This document shows, piece after piece, positions 48,706-62,113 of a stretch of 64,000 bases of DNA (position 1 is its first letter; each line of letters begins with the position of its first letter). Origin of the DNA: Thermodesulfobacteriota bacterium (lineage in GTDB: Bacteria; Desulfobacterota; Desulfarculia; JACQYL01). The notes beneath the pieces were generated by a model that was not told where the DNA came from, ran no database searches, and worked only from the letters and a program-made list of their open reading frames with translations. Where the stretch lies: the NCBI GenBank assembly GCA_963675595.2, contig CAXXLZ010000002.1, forward strand, positions 928,001-992,000, read 5' to 3'. The translations under genes and the position numbers were made by a program.

Positions 48706-49491
48706 CTAAAAAGAATAATAGAAACTCAGTACAAGTCCCTTGAATTCTTCAGTGGGAACATTAAAGTTAACTGTTTCTTCGGAAGTATGGATAGAGACCG
48801 GATCATGGTCTGAGAACAGAAGCCGCTGGTATCTGTAGCTGAGAAGTGCGGATAGGTTTCCAAATAATTGTATTCCTATACCGGGTTCCAGGGAAAAGCC
48901 GTTGATACCATGAACCTTGAAATCGTATCCATCAAATTTGTATTCTACACTGTCAATACTGTATGAGGCCTCCAGCAGATAGATATAGGCTGCGGACAAG
49001 GAAAAAAACACTGGATTGTCCGATACGGAAAACAGGGGGACGGCGGCGCTGGCACCTAGGGTCAGTCCTTCATAGTTCCAGTCATACGGGCTTGTTAAGT
49101 CATGCTGGGCATCAGATATCGTACCATCCTGAAGGACCCACTTGTATCCCAAAAAAAATGCAAAATTGGATAAATTATATCCAAACAGGACATCGATCTC
49201 CTTTCGATCCAGCTCGTCGGAATAATCCGAAGTATCTACCACCTCGAAGTCACTCACGCTTGCCGCATACGAACCGACAAGAAAAAAATCTTTGTAAGAT
49301 CCTCTTAGAATAGGATTTAGCATAAATCCTCCGTCTCCAGAGCTTCCGGAGGAATTGCTCAGTCTTTTCTCCGCATACATGGTCTTCATACCAAGTGAAA
49401 CACTCCAATCTTTGGTCTCTTGTGCAAACGCGGAAATGGAAACAAACATGGAACACAAAACCAATACGATCACCAAGCTTCTGAATTTCAT
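48706..49491 (-). CDS. Outer-membrane beta-barrel protein
   Basis: Signal peptide ending AFA; alternating aromatic/Gly strands; C-terminal GLVLSFYYSF BAM-type signal. Confidence 0.72.
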   Translation of the reverse strand: MKFRSLVIVLVLCSMFVSISAFAQETKDWSVSLGMKTMYAEKRLSNSSGSSGDGGFMLNPILRGSYKDFFLVGSYAASVSDFEVVDTSDYSDELDRKEIDVLFGYNLSNFAFFLGYKWVLQDGTISDAQHDLTSPYDWNYEGLTLGASAAVPLFSVSDNPVFFSLSAAYIYLLEASYSIDSVEYKFDGYDFKVHGINGFSLEPGIGIQLFGNLSALLSYRYQRLLFSDHDPVSIHTSEETVNFNVPTEEFKGLVLSFYYSF

Positions 49492-49659
49492 CCCTCTTTC
49501 TCCTCTACCTGTTGAATTACTGAAAACCGGTTGAACCAAACCATCCTTAATTGAGAATGACGTTCCACGTCGTCATATCAGGATGCAGATGTGCTGTTTC
49601 AGACTTTTGCCAAAACCCAATTTGACGCAGAATCCGGCTTTGTGACCCATTGCCGTTGT

Positions 49660-50379
49660 TTACGGTTTCAAGACCACCGCCCCGACAAAAGTCAGGTTAT
49701 CCTTGCTGCCCTGGGACAGGGCCAGGTCTTTGAGACTGCCCCAGAGGGTCTCAAAACATTTACCGCTCTCCGCCGACTCCAAGATTTGCGTTTCGGACAC
49801 ATGCCCGTGCAGGCCGTCGGTAGTCAGAATGAAAAGGTCCAGTGGCCGAGCTTCCAAATACCCGATTTCCGGCACGGCCGAATCCCCCCCCAAGAAACGA
49901 AGCAAAACATTGCGCATGGGGTGCGCCCTCGCTTCTTCAGGGGTGATCCTACCTTGCTGAAGCAGCCCCCCGGGCAGATTATGGTCTTCCGTCACCCGGA
50001 TAAGCCGCCGGTCTCTCAGAAGGCAAAGCCGCGAATCGCCGATATGACCGTACCAGGCCCCATTTTCGGTGAGCCACAGCAGGGTCAGAGTTGTCCCCAT
50101 GGTGTTGCCCAGGACCTCGCCTCTCGAACAAATCTGATCGTTCTTCTCCTTGAAGAACAATTCGATGGTCTCCGCCTCCCTTCCGGCCTCGGGGGTCCAT
50201 TGGTCGAGTCCCTCCACCGCCAGCGAGGCGGCGATCTCACCGGCAAGGTGACCGCCCATGCCGTCCGCCACCGCGAGCAGGGCCCCGGCGTCCCTCACCG
50301 AAACATACCATCTGTCTTCCTGGTTCCGACGGAAACCGCCCATATCCTGAGCGCCGAACACCTCAATGGTCATTTTCAA
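49660..50379 (-). CDS. pppA: PP2C-family Ser/Thr phosphatase (PppA-like)
   Basis: R..QED, VADGMGGH..GE.AS, MGTT, H.GDSR, TDGL and DNLT. Confidence 0.9.
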   Translation of the reverse strand: MKMTIEVFGAQDMGGFRRNQEDRWYVSVRDAGALLAVADGMGGHLAGEIAASLAVEGLDQWTPEAGREAETIELFFKEKNDQICSRGEVLGNTMGTTLTLLWLTENGAWYGHIGDSRLCLLRDRRLIRVTEDHNLPGGLLQQGRITPEEARAHPMRNVLLRFLGGDSAVPEIGYLEARPLDLFILTTDGLHGHVSETQILESAESGKCFETLWGSLKDLALSQGSKDNLTFVGAVVLKP

Positions 50380-50614
50380 ACCTTAGCAGGCCGGGGAAAA
50401 ACGCGATCTGCTTCGCTGCGCTTCAGCCCTCGTCATTGCGGCGTACTTCTATGTACGCCTTGTCCCTCTGGATTCGCACGCTTTGCATCTCATCCTTTTT
50501 CACCAGTCTGCGGCAATCGGATTTTTCAAACGGGCTTTTAAGGGCATTGCCTCCGCCGAACTCCCAAACGCCGGCTCAGAACCGACTTCCCGCGCCACCG
50601 GACTCCCTTTCGCC

Positions 50615-50914
50615 CTACCCGCCGATGATCACCGTGGGGCACCCTACAGTGATGACGCCTCCATGGGCCGTCATATCCCCCACGCGCGCCGCCGGAACAC
50701 CGCATATGGTCACCGTGGCGGAACCCTGGACGATCACGTCCGGCGGCCCCACACAGAGGGCCATGTCCCCCACCCGAGCCGCCGGTTGCCCCCCGATCAG
50801 GACGGTTGGAGCACAGGGGCCCGTAATGGGTCCGCCCACATGGGGCACCGGAGGCACTCCGGGGGTCACGGCGGGGCAGGCATGCATATCTCCCAGTCTG
50901 GCTGCAGGCGGCAT
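50615..50914 (-). CDS. PAAR spike-tip protein (no toxin extension)
   Basis: Three PAAR motifs (PAARLGD, PAARVGD x2) with conserved His/Cys. Confidence 0.95.
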   Translation of the reverse strand: MPPAARLGDMHACPAVTPGVPPVPHVGGPITGPCAPTVLIGGQPAARVGDMALCVGPPDVIVQGSATVTICGVPAARVGDMTAHGGVITVGCPTVIIGG

Positions 50915-51018
50915 GTTAATCTCCCATCTTGAGCCAAGCTTTTCGCAAAGCGGCTGTCGGAGCCACCTGTCCCAATCCAACGGCCCAAGCCTCCCGAAAG
51001 GGAGGCTCTTGATATCTG

Positions 51019-51555
51019 TTACGACTGAACCTCATCTTGAAATTTCACCGTTTCCGGCCGGACTTTTATTCTTACAACCACTGTCTTGGCCAACTTGTCG
51101 TGCCAGCCCTGCCGTCTCTTATTAATTGCAATGGTTATAAAACCTATTCCTAGCGCCAAAAACGACAGAAAATACGCTAAATACCTTCCAATGAATTGCA
51201 TTAAAGACGGTTTTTTACCGGTACGAGCATCCACGATTTTCAAATTCAACACCATTTTTCCCGGATTGGCGGACCAAATCACCCAACAAACGATCGTTCC
51301 AACAGCGGGAAATAGGTAACTGATTAAGAAATCAATCGGATCTCTAACAAATGGCTGCGGGTCACTAAATGACTCGATCGGACCATAAATTGCATAACTG
51401 ATCGAACCTGTAATAAGCAAAATCAACACTATATCAATGCATTCGGCCAATAAACGGATCCAGAACCCGGCATATTCAAGTTCGGAGGATACGGCATCCC
51501 TTTCGGGGGAAGAGTCCATTGTTTCGACGCTCAATTCATTTGCCTGCTCAACCAT
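51019..51555 (-). CDS. RDD family membrane protein
   Basis: YAGFWIRLLA..ID, PGK..L.LKIVD and RQGWHDKLAKTVVV. Confidence 0.9.
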   Translation of the reverse strand: MVEQANELSVETMDSSPERDAVSSELEYAGFWIRLLAECIDIVLILLITGSISYAIYGPIESFSDPQPFVRDPIDFLISYLFPAVGTIVCWVIWSANPGKMVLNLKIVDARTGKKPSLMQFIGRYLAYFLSFLALGIGFITIAINKRRQGWHDKLAKTVVVRIKVRPETVKFQDEVQS

Positions 51556-51701
51556 AGCTTAGGGCTCCTTTCTAAAGCTCTCGCAATTAAAGGAAAAAGA
51601 CTCAACTTGTTCATGAACAATAAACCCGGACGGTCTTCTATTTCCTGATGGTCTTTCAACAAACTTCAAAACCTCGAAGTTTGGAACTCAGATTCTCCAC
51701 C

Positions 51702-53639
51702 TTAGTCCATCCCATCGTCCGGAATCTCCGGGTCCGAAGGCTCTTTGGGCATGGATCCGGACCCCACGCCCGGCGCTCCCCCGCTGTTGATATTCACCGC
51801 CGTTCCCTGGATGCTGATCCCCGCGGGCCCGATGTCGATAAAGCCCCCCGCGCCCACGAGGGACAGTTGCAGACCGGATTCGATCACGATCTTCATGCCG
51901 GCTTTCAGATGGATTTCCTGGCCCACTTCATGCGCGTACACCATCCCCGTCTTTTCATTCCGCTTCATGCCCACTTCGAGGGACATTTCGTTGTCGATCT
52001 TCTCCATGTGGTCCTTCTTGACATGAAGATGCTTGTCTTTCTCGACGATTTCCTTCTGATTCCCCTCAACGGTCAGATGACGGTCGGTTCCCGCATATTC
52101 CCTGCACTCCTTTTCCACGCGGATGTGTATATCCTTTTCCGCATTGATGAATATCTTTTCTTCACCCTTCTTGTCTTCAAACCGAATCTCGTTGAAGTTG
52201 GATCCTCCGCCCTGCTTGGAGCTTCGGCTCTTGAGGCCGCTGCGCGTCTGGTGATTCGGCAGGGCGTACGGTGGCATGCGCTCCGCGTTGTAGGCGCGCC
52301 CCACAATGATGGGCCGATCGGGGTCCCCCTCCAGAAAGGCGACGATGACCTCCTGGCCGATTCTCGGGATGTGAATCCCGCCCCATTCGCTGCCGGCCCA
52401 CAACTGGGACACGCGAATCCAGCAGGAGCTCTTGTCGTCCCGTTTCCCTTCCCGATCCCAGTGAAATTGGACCTTTACCCGGCCGTACTTGTCCGTGTAG
52501 ATTTCTTCCCCTTTGGGTCCGACCACCATGGCGGTTTGCGCACCGTGAACAATGGGTTTGGGCGTCTTGCGCGAGGTCCTGTAGGGCACTTCCTTGGGGA
52601 TGCACTGAAACGAGTTGGCATAGTAGGGATGGGATCGACCTTCGATCACATTGCTGCCTCCCGAGTGTTCCACCGACGTAAGGAAATAGCCGGCATTGAA
52701 GTCCGGCCGGAAGTGATCGGTCAGGTCGAAGGAATAGCCGGGGATGAGCGAGCAGCAGTCTCCGTTGCCGCTGATGCGGGTGTGAGGCGTTTCCTGTTCT
52801 TCCATTCTCAGTTTGGCGTACCGCTCCCCCTCCCCACGCTTGCCGTATTGACCCGGATATTCATACACTTCGAGATCGTCGTTTCTTCCTTCCTGCATGA
52901 TGGTGGGCACTTCCACGGACAAGTCCAAGGAAGGCGTCTCGAAGTTGTAGTCCCGGGCGGCGTATCGCGCGGTACGAATTTCCATGCGGTACAACCATTC
53001 CGTGACGGCGTCCCCCGTTTGGGGGCCGCCCATGGGCGCGTACGGCACCTTGGACTGATCCGGACAAGCGTCCACGCCGGCCGAGGAGTCCATAAGCACC
53101 AAAATATGCTTGTCGGAGGAGTGTTCGAAGAAATAGAAGATGCCTTCTTCCTCCATGAGCCTCGATACGAACGCGAAATCCGTTTCCTGGTACTGTACGC
53201 AGTACACCCTGGGATCATATTGCCCGGTGAGTTGCATTCTGAAATCATCGAATCCCAAGTCATCGAAAATCTGTTCAATGATGTCCGGTACGGATTTTTC
53301 CTGGAAGATGCGACTGTCCGCGGTTCGCGTGAGGTTCCACAACCAAGGCACCAGGACCGCATGATACCGAACGAAACCGGCCTCTTGGGAACCCTGTGCG
53401 AAATGACTGAGACAGCCGTTGATGTGACGCCGGCCGCCGAAATCATTGGCGATGGAAATGGTGGCCGGCTCCCCCACAATGTCACTGAACGAAATGGAGG
53501 GATTGTTGGAAAGCAAGTCCACTTCGAATTCGAACAGACCGGAAACCGCTTCCCGACCTGAAAAACGCTCCAGCAGAAGTTCGTCTTCTCCAAGGGTGGA
53601 TTTGAATTTGATCAGTCGTTCCGTTTGGGTGACGGGCAT
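51702..53639 (-). CDS. vgrG: T6SS spike protein VgrG
   Basis: GREAVS.LF, RIFQ, YCVQY.ETDF.FVSRLMEEEGI, D.YGRVKVQFHWDR, SCWIRVSQ, PRIGQEV, GDPDRP; no C-terminal effector domain. Confidence 0.97.
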   Translation of the reverse strand: MPVTQTERLIKFKSTLGEDELLLERFSGREAVSGLFEFEVDLLSNNPSISFSDIVGEPATISIANDFGGRRHINGCLSHFAQGSQEAGFVRYHAVLVPWLWNLTRTADSRIFQEKSVPDIIEQIFDDLGFDDFRMQLTGQYDPRVYCVQYQETDFAFVSRLMEEEGIFYFFEHSSDKHILVLMDSSAGVDACPDQSKVPYAPMGGPQTGDAVTEWLYRMEIRTARYAARDYNFETPSLDLSVEVPTIMQEGRNDDLEVYEYPGQYGKRGEGERYAKLRMEEQETPHTRISGNGDCCSLIPGYSFDLTDHFRPDFNAGYFLTSVEHSGGSNVIEGRSHPYYANSFQCIPKEVPYRTSRKTPKPIVHGAQTAMVVGPKGEEIYTDKYGRVKVQFHWDREGKRDDKSSCWIRVSQLWAGSEWGGIHIPRIGQEVIVAFLEGDPDRPIIVGRAYNAERMPPYALPNHQTRSGLKSRSSKQGGGSNFNEIRFEDKKGEEKIFINAEKDIHIRVEKECREYAGTDRHLTVEGNQKEIVEKDKHLHVKKDHMEKIDNEMSLEVGMKRNEKTGMVYAHEVGQEIHLKAGMKIVIESGLQLSLVGAGGFIDIGPAGISIQGTAVNINSGGAPGVGSGSMPKEPSDPEIPDDGMD

Positions 53640-53715
53640 AGAAGAGCCTCGTAGAAATCCTTATGCTGAGATATTGGCTTGAATTGGCGCGCAATCTTCA
53701 CTAATTCAATTGGAT

Positions 53716-54159
53716 TTACCCCCTAGAACCTCCAGAAATAAATTTGCTCGGTCTCTTTCGTGATTCTTTGCTTATATCTTTACCGTCCCTGAGTAATGAA
53801 GGCTTATTCCCGAATTTTGCCCATCGACAGCCTTCATCGACAATACCCTTACAACCAGTTATTGCGCCCACCGCTATCCAAAATATTCCGATAAAATATG
53901 CTTTTCCTTTATCGACAATGAATGTATTCTTGCAGGTACTAAAAGCTCTTTCTGAGTATTGTTTTAGTTTAAGATCAGTAAGACATAGTTCGCTATTTGT
54001 TTTTGCCGCCAACAAATTACCCATTAGTTTATCTTCAATGGCCTTTTCTACTAATATATCAAACATATCGCCTGCTTCCTCACCAGATACGCCTAATCTT
54101 ATCGTCATAATATTGGAAAAAACTGCTTTTGGATTTGCGACCGACTTATAAAGTTCCAT
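53716..54159 (-). CDS. Hypothetical AT-rich protein
   Basis: 147-aa ORF with RBS-like GAGG, co-oriented between clpV and vgrG. Confidence 0.5.
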   Translation of the reverse strand: MELYKSVANPKAVFSNIMTIRLGVSGEEAGDMFDILVEKAIEDKLMGNLLAAKTNSELCLTDLKLKQYSERAFSTCKNTFIVDKGKAYFIGIFWIAVGAITGCKGIVDEGCRWAKFGNKPSLLRDGKDISKESRKRPSKFISGGSRG

Positions 54160-54172
54160 CCTCTTTCTCCAA

Positions 54173-54449
54173 TTAGTCTGCGTTCAGCATTCTAAAATTT
54201 TCGGCATATTCATCACCGCTGATCTTGAGAAACTTGGGCGGATCGGTTGGTATTTGCACGCGGACCCACATCCTGGTGGGGATTCTTCCCACCTCCACGA
54301 CTACCAACTCCACTCCGGGAATCATGTAGCCGTGAAGCCGGGCGCACTCGGAAGCGTAGGTCCAATGGCGTATCCTTTCGTTGCGAATATCGCGCATGGG
54401 CGTTATTTTCATCCCGACCTGCAAGGCCTTGATCATGTCCTCACGTGTC

Positions 54450-54463
<14 letters not shown>
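54173..54463 (-). CDS. Small hypothetical protein
   Basis: Likely start MTFNKTREDM overlaps the clpV stop; co-oriented. Confidence 0.5.
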
Positions 54464-57146
<2,683 letters not shown>

Positions 57147-57191
57147 GTAGAGTCTCCTAATAGACTGATTTCGAAGCGACTTTTTTGATGA

Positions 57192-58220
57192 TCAAAAAAC
57201 CGCGCTATCGGCATCCTGCATAAACGGCCCGCTCTTGAGCCAAGTCGTCAAGCCGAGCTTGCCGGTGGCGCCGGAAAGCTTGCAATAGGGGACTTCTTCC
57301 TTATTCAGAATCAATTGAATATCGTATTCCATATTCATTCCAATGGAATAACGAACCAATTGGTGAAGGGCGGTATTGGCGTTTCCACCCGGCAGAAAGT
57401 CTTGAAATTTTGGCCAGGACAAGGGGCCAACGACCAGACGAAACGCGAATTGACGATCCCAAACAGCCTCTCCTACGACGGCGTCCAGACCGAGTCGGCA
57501 ATTTTCCAGTCCGAGTCGTGTCTGGTCGGATTCTCTGATTTCATAGGCTCGGAGGCGAAACTGTTCCACGTCGATATTGACCGAAAAGAAGTCGCTCAGC
57601 ACGGCCGTCAGGGCAGACGCCGAACGCGGCAACTGCCCCAACAGGCCCCCGTAATAGCAGAGGGACGAATCCTCCACGCCGTGGGAATTGTCCTTTAGCC
57701 TCCCTTGCAAGCCGTTGGTGCCGAGTCCGATCACGTCCAGCACGTACCTGTTTAGGGCCGTCTCGGCTTTTCGCTCATGGGAAACTACAAAGGAGTGCTT
57801 CTCCCACGCGTCGTAAAACAAACTGATGAATTTGTGATTGAAGATGTCGAAGAAGGCCCGCGCCTGCTGTCTGACCTTCGACGAATTGGGTTCCAGCAAG
57901 GCCTCTGTGTAATGCCTCGGCAACACTCCCTTGAGCCCCACCAAGCCCATAAAGGTCACCGTCATTCGGAAAGGATCGAGGGCATCTTGTCCACCCTTAG
58001 GGGGAGATTCCAGCGAATGGAGCGCGCTGGCGGGGAATTCCAGGGAAGGCAGCGTTCCGAATCGGACCACGTCATCCGTCTCCACGGGAACGCGAACTCC
58101 CTTCGCTTGTCCCATGAAGCTTTTCAGGATTCGAACCGCTTGAAAAAAATCGAAGCGATACGGTTCCCGCAACATGCTTCGGATCAGATCAGAAACCGGT
58201 TTCCAGCCCTCGGAGGCCAT
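57192..58220 (-). CDS. tssG: T6SS baseplate protein TssG
   Basis: FDFFQAVR, SL.FP, FMGL.G..G.LP.HYTE, F.DIFNH and FLPGG. Confidence 0.95.
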   Translation of the reverse strand: MASEGWKPVSDLIRSMLREPYRFDFFQAVRILKSFMGQAKGVRVPVETDDVVRFGTLPSLEFPASALHSLESPPKGGQDALDPFRMTVTFMGLVGLKGVLPRHYTEALLEPNSSKVRQQARAFFDIFNHKFISLFYDAWEKHSFVVSHERKAETALNRYVLDVIGLGTNGLQGRLKDNSHGVEDSSLCYYGGLLGQLPRSASALTAVLSDFFSVNIDVEQFRLRAYEIRESDQTRLGLENCRLGLDAVVGEAVWDRQFAFRLVVGPLSWPKFQDFLPGGNANTALHQLVRYSIGMNMEYDIQLILNKEEVPYCKLSGATGKLGLTTWLKSGPFMQDADSAVF

Positions 58221-60025
58221 TTAGCCAGCACCTTTTCTCTTTGCTTGGTGGTCACAATGAGCCGGGTGAAGCTGTTGGTCGCGCAGTACAATCCCAGGAA
58301 TCGCTCCAATACGCACGATAAGAGATACACACCGCTTCCCGTGTATTCGTCTTCGTCGAACTGGATGGAAACTTCGGTACCGCGGCAGAAAGCGGACTGA
58401 TGAGAAGGTCCCACATACGCCGTACAGGGAACGCTCTTGATGTCGGTGATTCCTTGGATGTGCTTTCGAACGGCCAAGGAATGGGTGTAATTATAGAGAT
58501 TTAATATCTCGAGAAAGGCCTCTCGGCCGCTGTCCACAATGGACAGATGGTTCAGGCTCAGGTGAGAAATGAGGCGCCACTGGCTTTCCTTTCCCCGGAA
58601 AGGTCTGATCACCGGCGTCGGCTTCCGAAGACACATTGCTTTGGACACGACGCCGCCTTCTTCGCAGAAGAGCTCCCCGGGTCTCCCTCCCAAAGGAAGC
58701 AGTGAAGGCAGGTCTCTGTTGCTGCCGGTGATTCCAACGGTTAAAGTTTCAATTCCGGTCTTGGAACTCAAATCCCTGTCCGCGAGCCAGATATAGACTT
58801 CCGTGCCTTTGTCGTCTCTTGAAGCGGAAAAGCGACGAGTGGCATGCCAGTAGACCTCGCGGCCCGGGGTGTCATAGGCGTGCTTGAACGCAAACATGGG
58901 GCGGCATTGGGTAACCGTATCCTTTCCCGCCTTGGTGGTGACTTTTTTCACCGAATCGACGGAATAGACTTCCATCCCCTGAGGACGTCGAATGTCCGGA
59001 ATGATTTTGTATTCGGGGTTTGCATGCGTCAGGCGTATGGGTTCCGCCGTGTGCTGGAACAGGTTGACGATCGGCGTGCAATGCAGGCGGAAGCTGGAGG
59101 CTCCTACCGTCTTTTCGAGGTAGTTCAGACGATCTCCGCGTTCCGTCTCGCTGAAACTGAAAACCAGCTCCATTTCTCGTCCCGGGTTTTCGGCGGCGGA
59201 CTCGGCGAGATTCCCAATGTCGAAGAACAGAAACTTCTCAGGAAAAACAAAGTACTCGTGAAGAAGCCGGTATCCCAGGAACGACCTGGCATCGTAAGGC
59301 AGAAGTCCTTCCTCCGGCTCATACCCAACGGGCTTGACGCAGCCGGCGGGCAGCTGAACGGAAGTATCCTCTTCGCCCACTTTCCAGTTGAGGAAGACCG
59401 CTTGAGTGCTGTTGAACAGCAACTCGTAAAGCGTGTGGCCGGTTTGCCCGTCTCCGTCCAGAAAGAAACGCAGGCGGTCGATCTTCAGTGACTTGAACGT
59501 GAGTTCGTGGAGGCATCGAAGGCGGATTCGGAGGACATGGTGAACCTTTCCGGCATAGGAGCCGAAGGGATGCCGCTCGGGCCTTTCAAATCGGGCGTCC
59601 GATACTTCCAAAGGCCAAGCCTCCACCGGGTAGCCGGTGCGAAACTTACACGGCATCCCGCGAAAGGGCTGGGTGAGCAACACCGTTCCCGATGGAATAA
59701 CCTGCTTGGAAGTGAACTTGGTTTCACGCGAGCTCACATCAAACTGCGCAATGGACATCGAAGGAATGGGACGGGTGTAGTGGGGATAGAGGATGTCCAA
59801 GAAAGCGTCGGTGATCTCCGGGTAGGCTTCGTCCAGTTTCTTGCGTACCCGAGCGGCCAGAAAGGCGCAGCCTTCCAGCAGGCGTTCGACGTGGGGATCG
59901 TCGCAGGCTTCGCCGTGAAGCAGCAGTCGGTTCGCTATTTCCGGGTATTGAAGAGCGAATTCCTTGCTCAGGCGCCTCAAAGAGGCCAGTTCTCTTTCAT
60001 AATACGGTAGAATATCTTCGAACAT
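58184..60025 (-). CDS. tssF: T6SS baseplate protein TssF
   Basis: YYEREL..LR, DPHVERLLEG, YPHY.RPIPS, GYRLL.EYF.FPEKF, CTPIVNLF, WRLISHLSLNHLS. Confidence 0.97.
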   Translation of the reverse strand: MFEDILPYYERELASLRRLSKEFALQYPEIANRLLLHGEACDDPHVERLLEGCAFLAARVRKKLDEAYPEITDAFLDILYPHYTRPIPSMSIAQFDVSSRETKFTSKQVIPSGTVLLTQPFRGMPCKFRTGYPVEAWPLEVSDARFERPERHPFGSYAGKVHHVLRIRLRCLHELTFKSLKIDRLRFFLDGDGQTGHTLYELLFNSTQAVFLNWKVGEEDTSVQLPAGCVKPVGYEPEEGLLPYDARSFLGYRLLHEYFVFPEKFLFFDIGNLAESAAENPGREMELVFSFSETERGDRLNYLEKTVGASSFRLHCTPIVNLFQHTAEPIRLTHANPEYKIIPDIRRPQGMEVYSVDSVKKVTTKAGKDTVTQCRPMFAFKHAYDTPGREVYWHATRRFSASRDDKGTEVYIWLADRDLSSKTGIETLTVGITGSNRDLPSLLPLGGRPGELFCEEGGVVSKAMCLRKPTPVIRPFRGKESQWRLISHLSLNHLSIVDSGREAFLEILNLYNYTHSLAVRKHIQGITDIKSVPCTAYVGPSHQSAFCRGTEVSIQFDEDEYTGSGVYLLSCVLERFLGLYCATNSFTRLIVTTKQREKVLAKWPPRAGNRFLI

Positions 60026-60573
60026 TACCTTGCGCTTCGAACATCACATTTCTGACTGGTTAGATCGACAATGGTATCAAAGGTGATCGGCTCTCCCGCA
60101 GGCTCCACTCTGAGCAGCGCGTCAATGCGAAACTTGAGGGTTCGATTTCCTTCATCTTGAGATTCCAGGAATACTCTGATTCGAGTCAATCTCGGCTCAA
60201 AGGACGACAGAGTTTGTTCGAGCAGCCGTTGGATGAGGGCCCGATCTTTCGGGTTATCCAACGTCAAGGAGCCCAGGTCGGGCAGGCCGTAGTTCAGCAG
60301 AGAGCTCCTGGTCTCTTCAAAATCCTCCGGCAGTTCTTCCATGGCCTCCCGACGACAGTTCAACAATTCCTCAAGATCGTGAACCACTCTGGTCTTGAGC
60401 ATTTCCATGGAGTACCGCGCCGGCATAGGTGCCGTTTCCAAACTCTCATTTCCCGAGTGTTCCTGTGACCTCAAGTTGGAAGCACGCCGTCTCGATCCGA
60501 TATCCAGAAGTCGGTCCATGACTGAAGGAACAAAACGAATGTTTGATGTGGACAGCGGCATAGAATTTTTCAT
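60025..60573 (-). CDS. tssE: T6SS baseplate protein TssE (gp25-like)
   Basis: PSVMDRL, DLE.LLN.R, S.LNYGLPD and FEPRL. Confidence 0.93.
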   Translation of the reverse strand: MKNSMPLSTSNIRFVPSVMDRLLDIGSRRRASNLRSQEHSGNESLETAPMPARYSMEMLKTRVVHDLEELLNCRREAMEELPEDFEETRSSLLNYGLPDLGSLTLDNPKDRALIQRLLEQTLSSFEPRLTRIRVFLESQDEGNRTLKFRIDALLRVEPAGEPITFDTIVDLTSQKCDVRSAR

Positions 60574-60698
60574 ATCATACTACTTATTGATTATGGTTAC
60601 ACAGAATTTCTTTCAACCTAAATGGTGCTTGAATACAGACTTTATTCTATTAAATATATATAATACGTTTTCTATTTGTCTTACAAAAATTTGTCAAA

Positions 60699-61706
60699 TC
60701 AAAACTTGACAATCCTAGGGACTATACTCCAAATATTTGTGTATCCATCACGTAAGGATGTGAAATAGAGTCTATTATCAGGAGACCATTTCCAAGAAGG
60801 AGAACAATCAATAGCCTTATGACCGGTTAATTGAGTTAAGGCGGTTGCGTCTCTTTCTATCACCCAGATATCGTTTCCTCTCTTACCAAAGACATCATAA
60901 TAGGCATCCTCATCACCGTGAGATGCTTTCATAACTATTTTAGCGGTTGGAACTTCTTTGCCCTGAGAAGAGAACACTATTTTCGTCCCGTCGGGAGACC
61001 AGTCTGGGGTTCGGTAGCTCTCCTCAGTAGAGCTCATGATCATGGTCTCTTCATCGCCATGGTCGTTAATAATCCAAATGGAACTATGCCTGTTTTTCTC
61101 TTCATTTGGCCGCTCGAAGGCAATGAAATTATCGACAGGAGAATATTTTGGGAACTTTCCGGGGGCAATTGCTGTTATTGCTTCGGTCGCTAAATCCATA
61201 ACCCATATTGACCAGTATTGATCTAAGGGATTGTATCGGCAAAAGGCCAACCTTTTCCCATCGTGCGACCATGTAGGACTTATTTCATGATCCTCTGTGA
61301 ATGTAAGTTGCGTCTTAGCTTTTCCACCTTTTGTATTCATTACGAATATATCGTAATTTCCGTTGCGTTCGGATGCAAAAGCTATTTTCTCTCCATCAGG
61401 AGAAAAAGCAGGATGTATGTCCGCAGTCTTACTGAATGTCATACGTGTCATAGTTTTCGAATCAGGGGATTTAACATAGATATCTTCGTTTCCGCCTTTT
61501 TTAACTACGAAAGCGAGTCGCTTTCCATCTGGAGATATACAAGGTTGCCCATAGTAGACATCTTCGGTATCTGAATAAGTATTTTGCCTCAGATCTCTGA
61601 ACGTATATCCCAAACCAATTAAAGTTTCCGGTTTTGGTTGTTTCGATGAGCATCCAAAAACGAGACATATCATAGATGCCACAAGCATTGTTCTTAATAT
61701 TTTCAT
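60699..61706 (-). CDS. TolB-like PD40 beta-propeller lipoprotein
   Basis: Lipobox VFG-C; repeated P.[FW]SPDG..[IL]AF blades; AT-rich. Confidence 0.85.
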   Translation of the reverse strand: MKILRTMLVASMICLVFGCSSKQPKPETLIGLGYTFRDLRQNTYSDTEDVYYGQPCISPDGKRLAFVVKKGGNEDIYVKSPDSKTMTRMTFSKTADIHPAFSPDGEKIAFASERNGNYDIFVMNTKGGKAKTQLTFTEDHEISPTWSHDGKRLAFCRYNPLDQYWSIWVMDLATEAITAIAPGKFPKYSPVDNFIAFERPNEEKNRHSSIWIINDHGDEETMIMSSTEESYRTPDWSPDGTKIVFSSQGKEVPTAKIVMKASHGDEDAYYDVFGKRGNDIWVIERDATALTQLTGHKAIDCSPSWKWSPDNRLYFTSLRDGYTNIWSIVPRIVKF

Positions 61707-62113
61707 ATCCGTTTCCCTTTTTTCAGTATAAACATGATAGAGTGAACATTTAATTGTACCGTCAACATTATTGAGTTATGAGTCGTGAAAGCGACTTATC
61801 TATCCGAATGAAACAGAAGCAAACGGTGGTTACGGAATTCCTTAATCATATCATTGAATATGCCACACCGGATTTCTTCTCATCTTCGCCTTCTGAACAA
61901 TAAATAATAATCGTTAGTTACACTGTAGTCTAAGTTGAATCGTTTTTTGACGCAAGAGTGCCCTAATAACACTGTAATAACAGCGATATTAGTGCAGTGC
62001 CCCCTTCCATTAAATAGTACGCAGTAGAGGGCCTGATTCGGCAAATGAGTGTTACAAAAATTCAACGACGAAGAATGAACTAATTCACACCATCGACACC
62101 GAAAAATTGATGA

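Noticed and set aside
61880-62065. 61-aa ORF between hcp and the TolB-like gene
   Set aside because: Short, TTG start, no motif; probably non-coding
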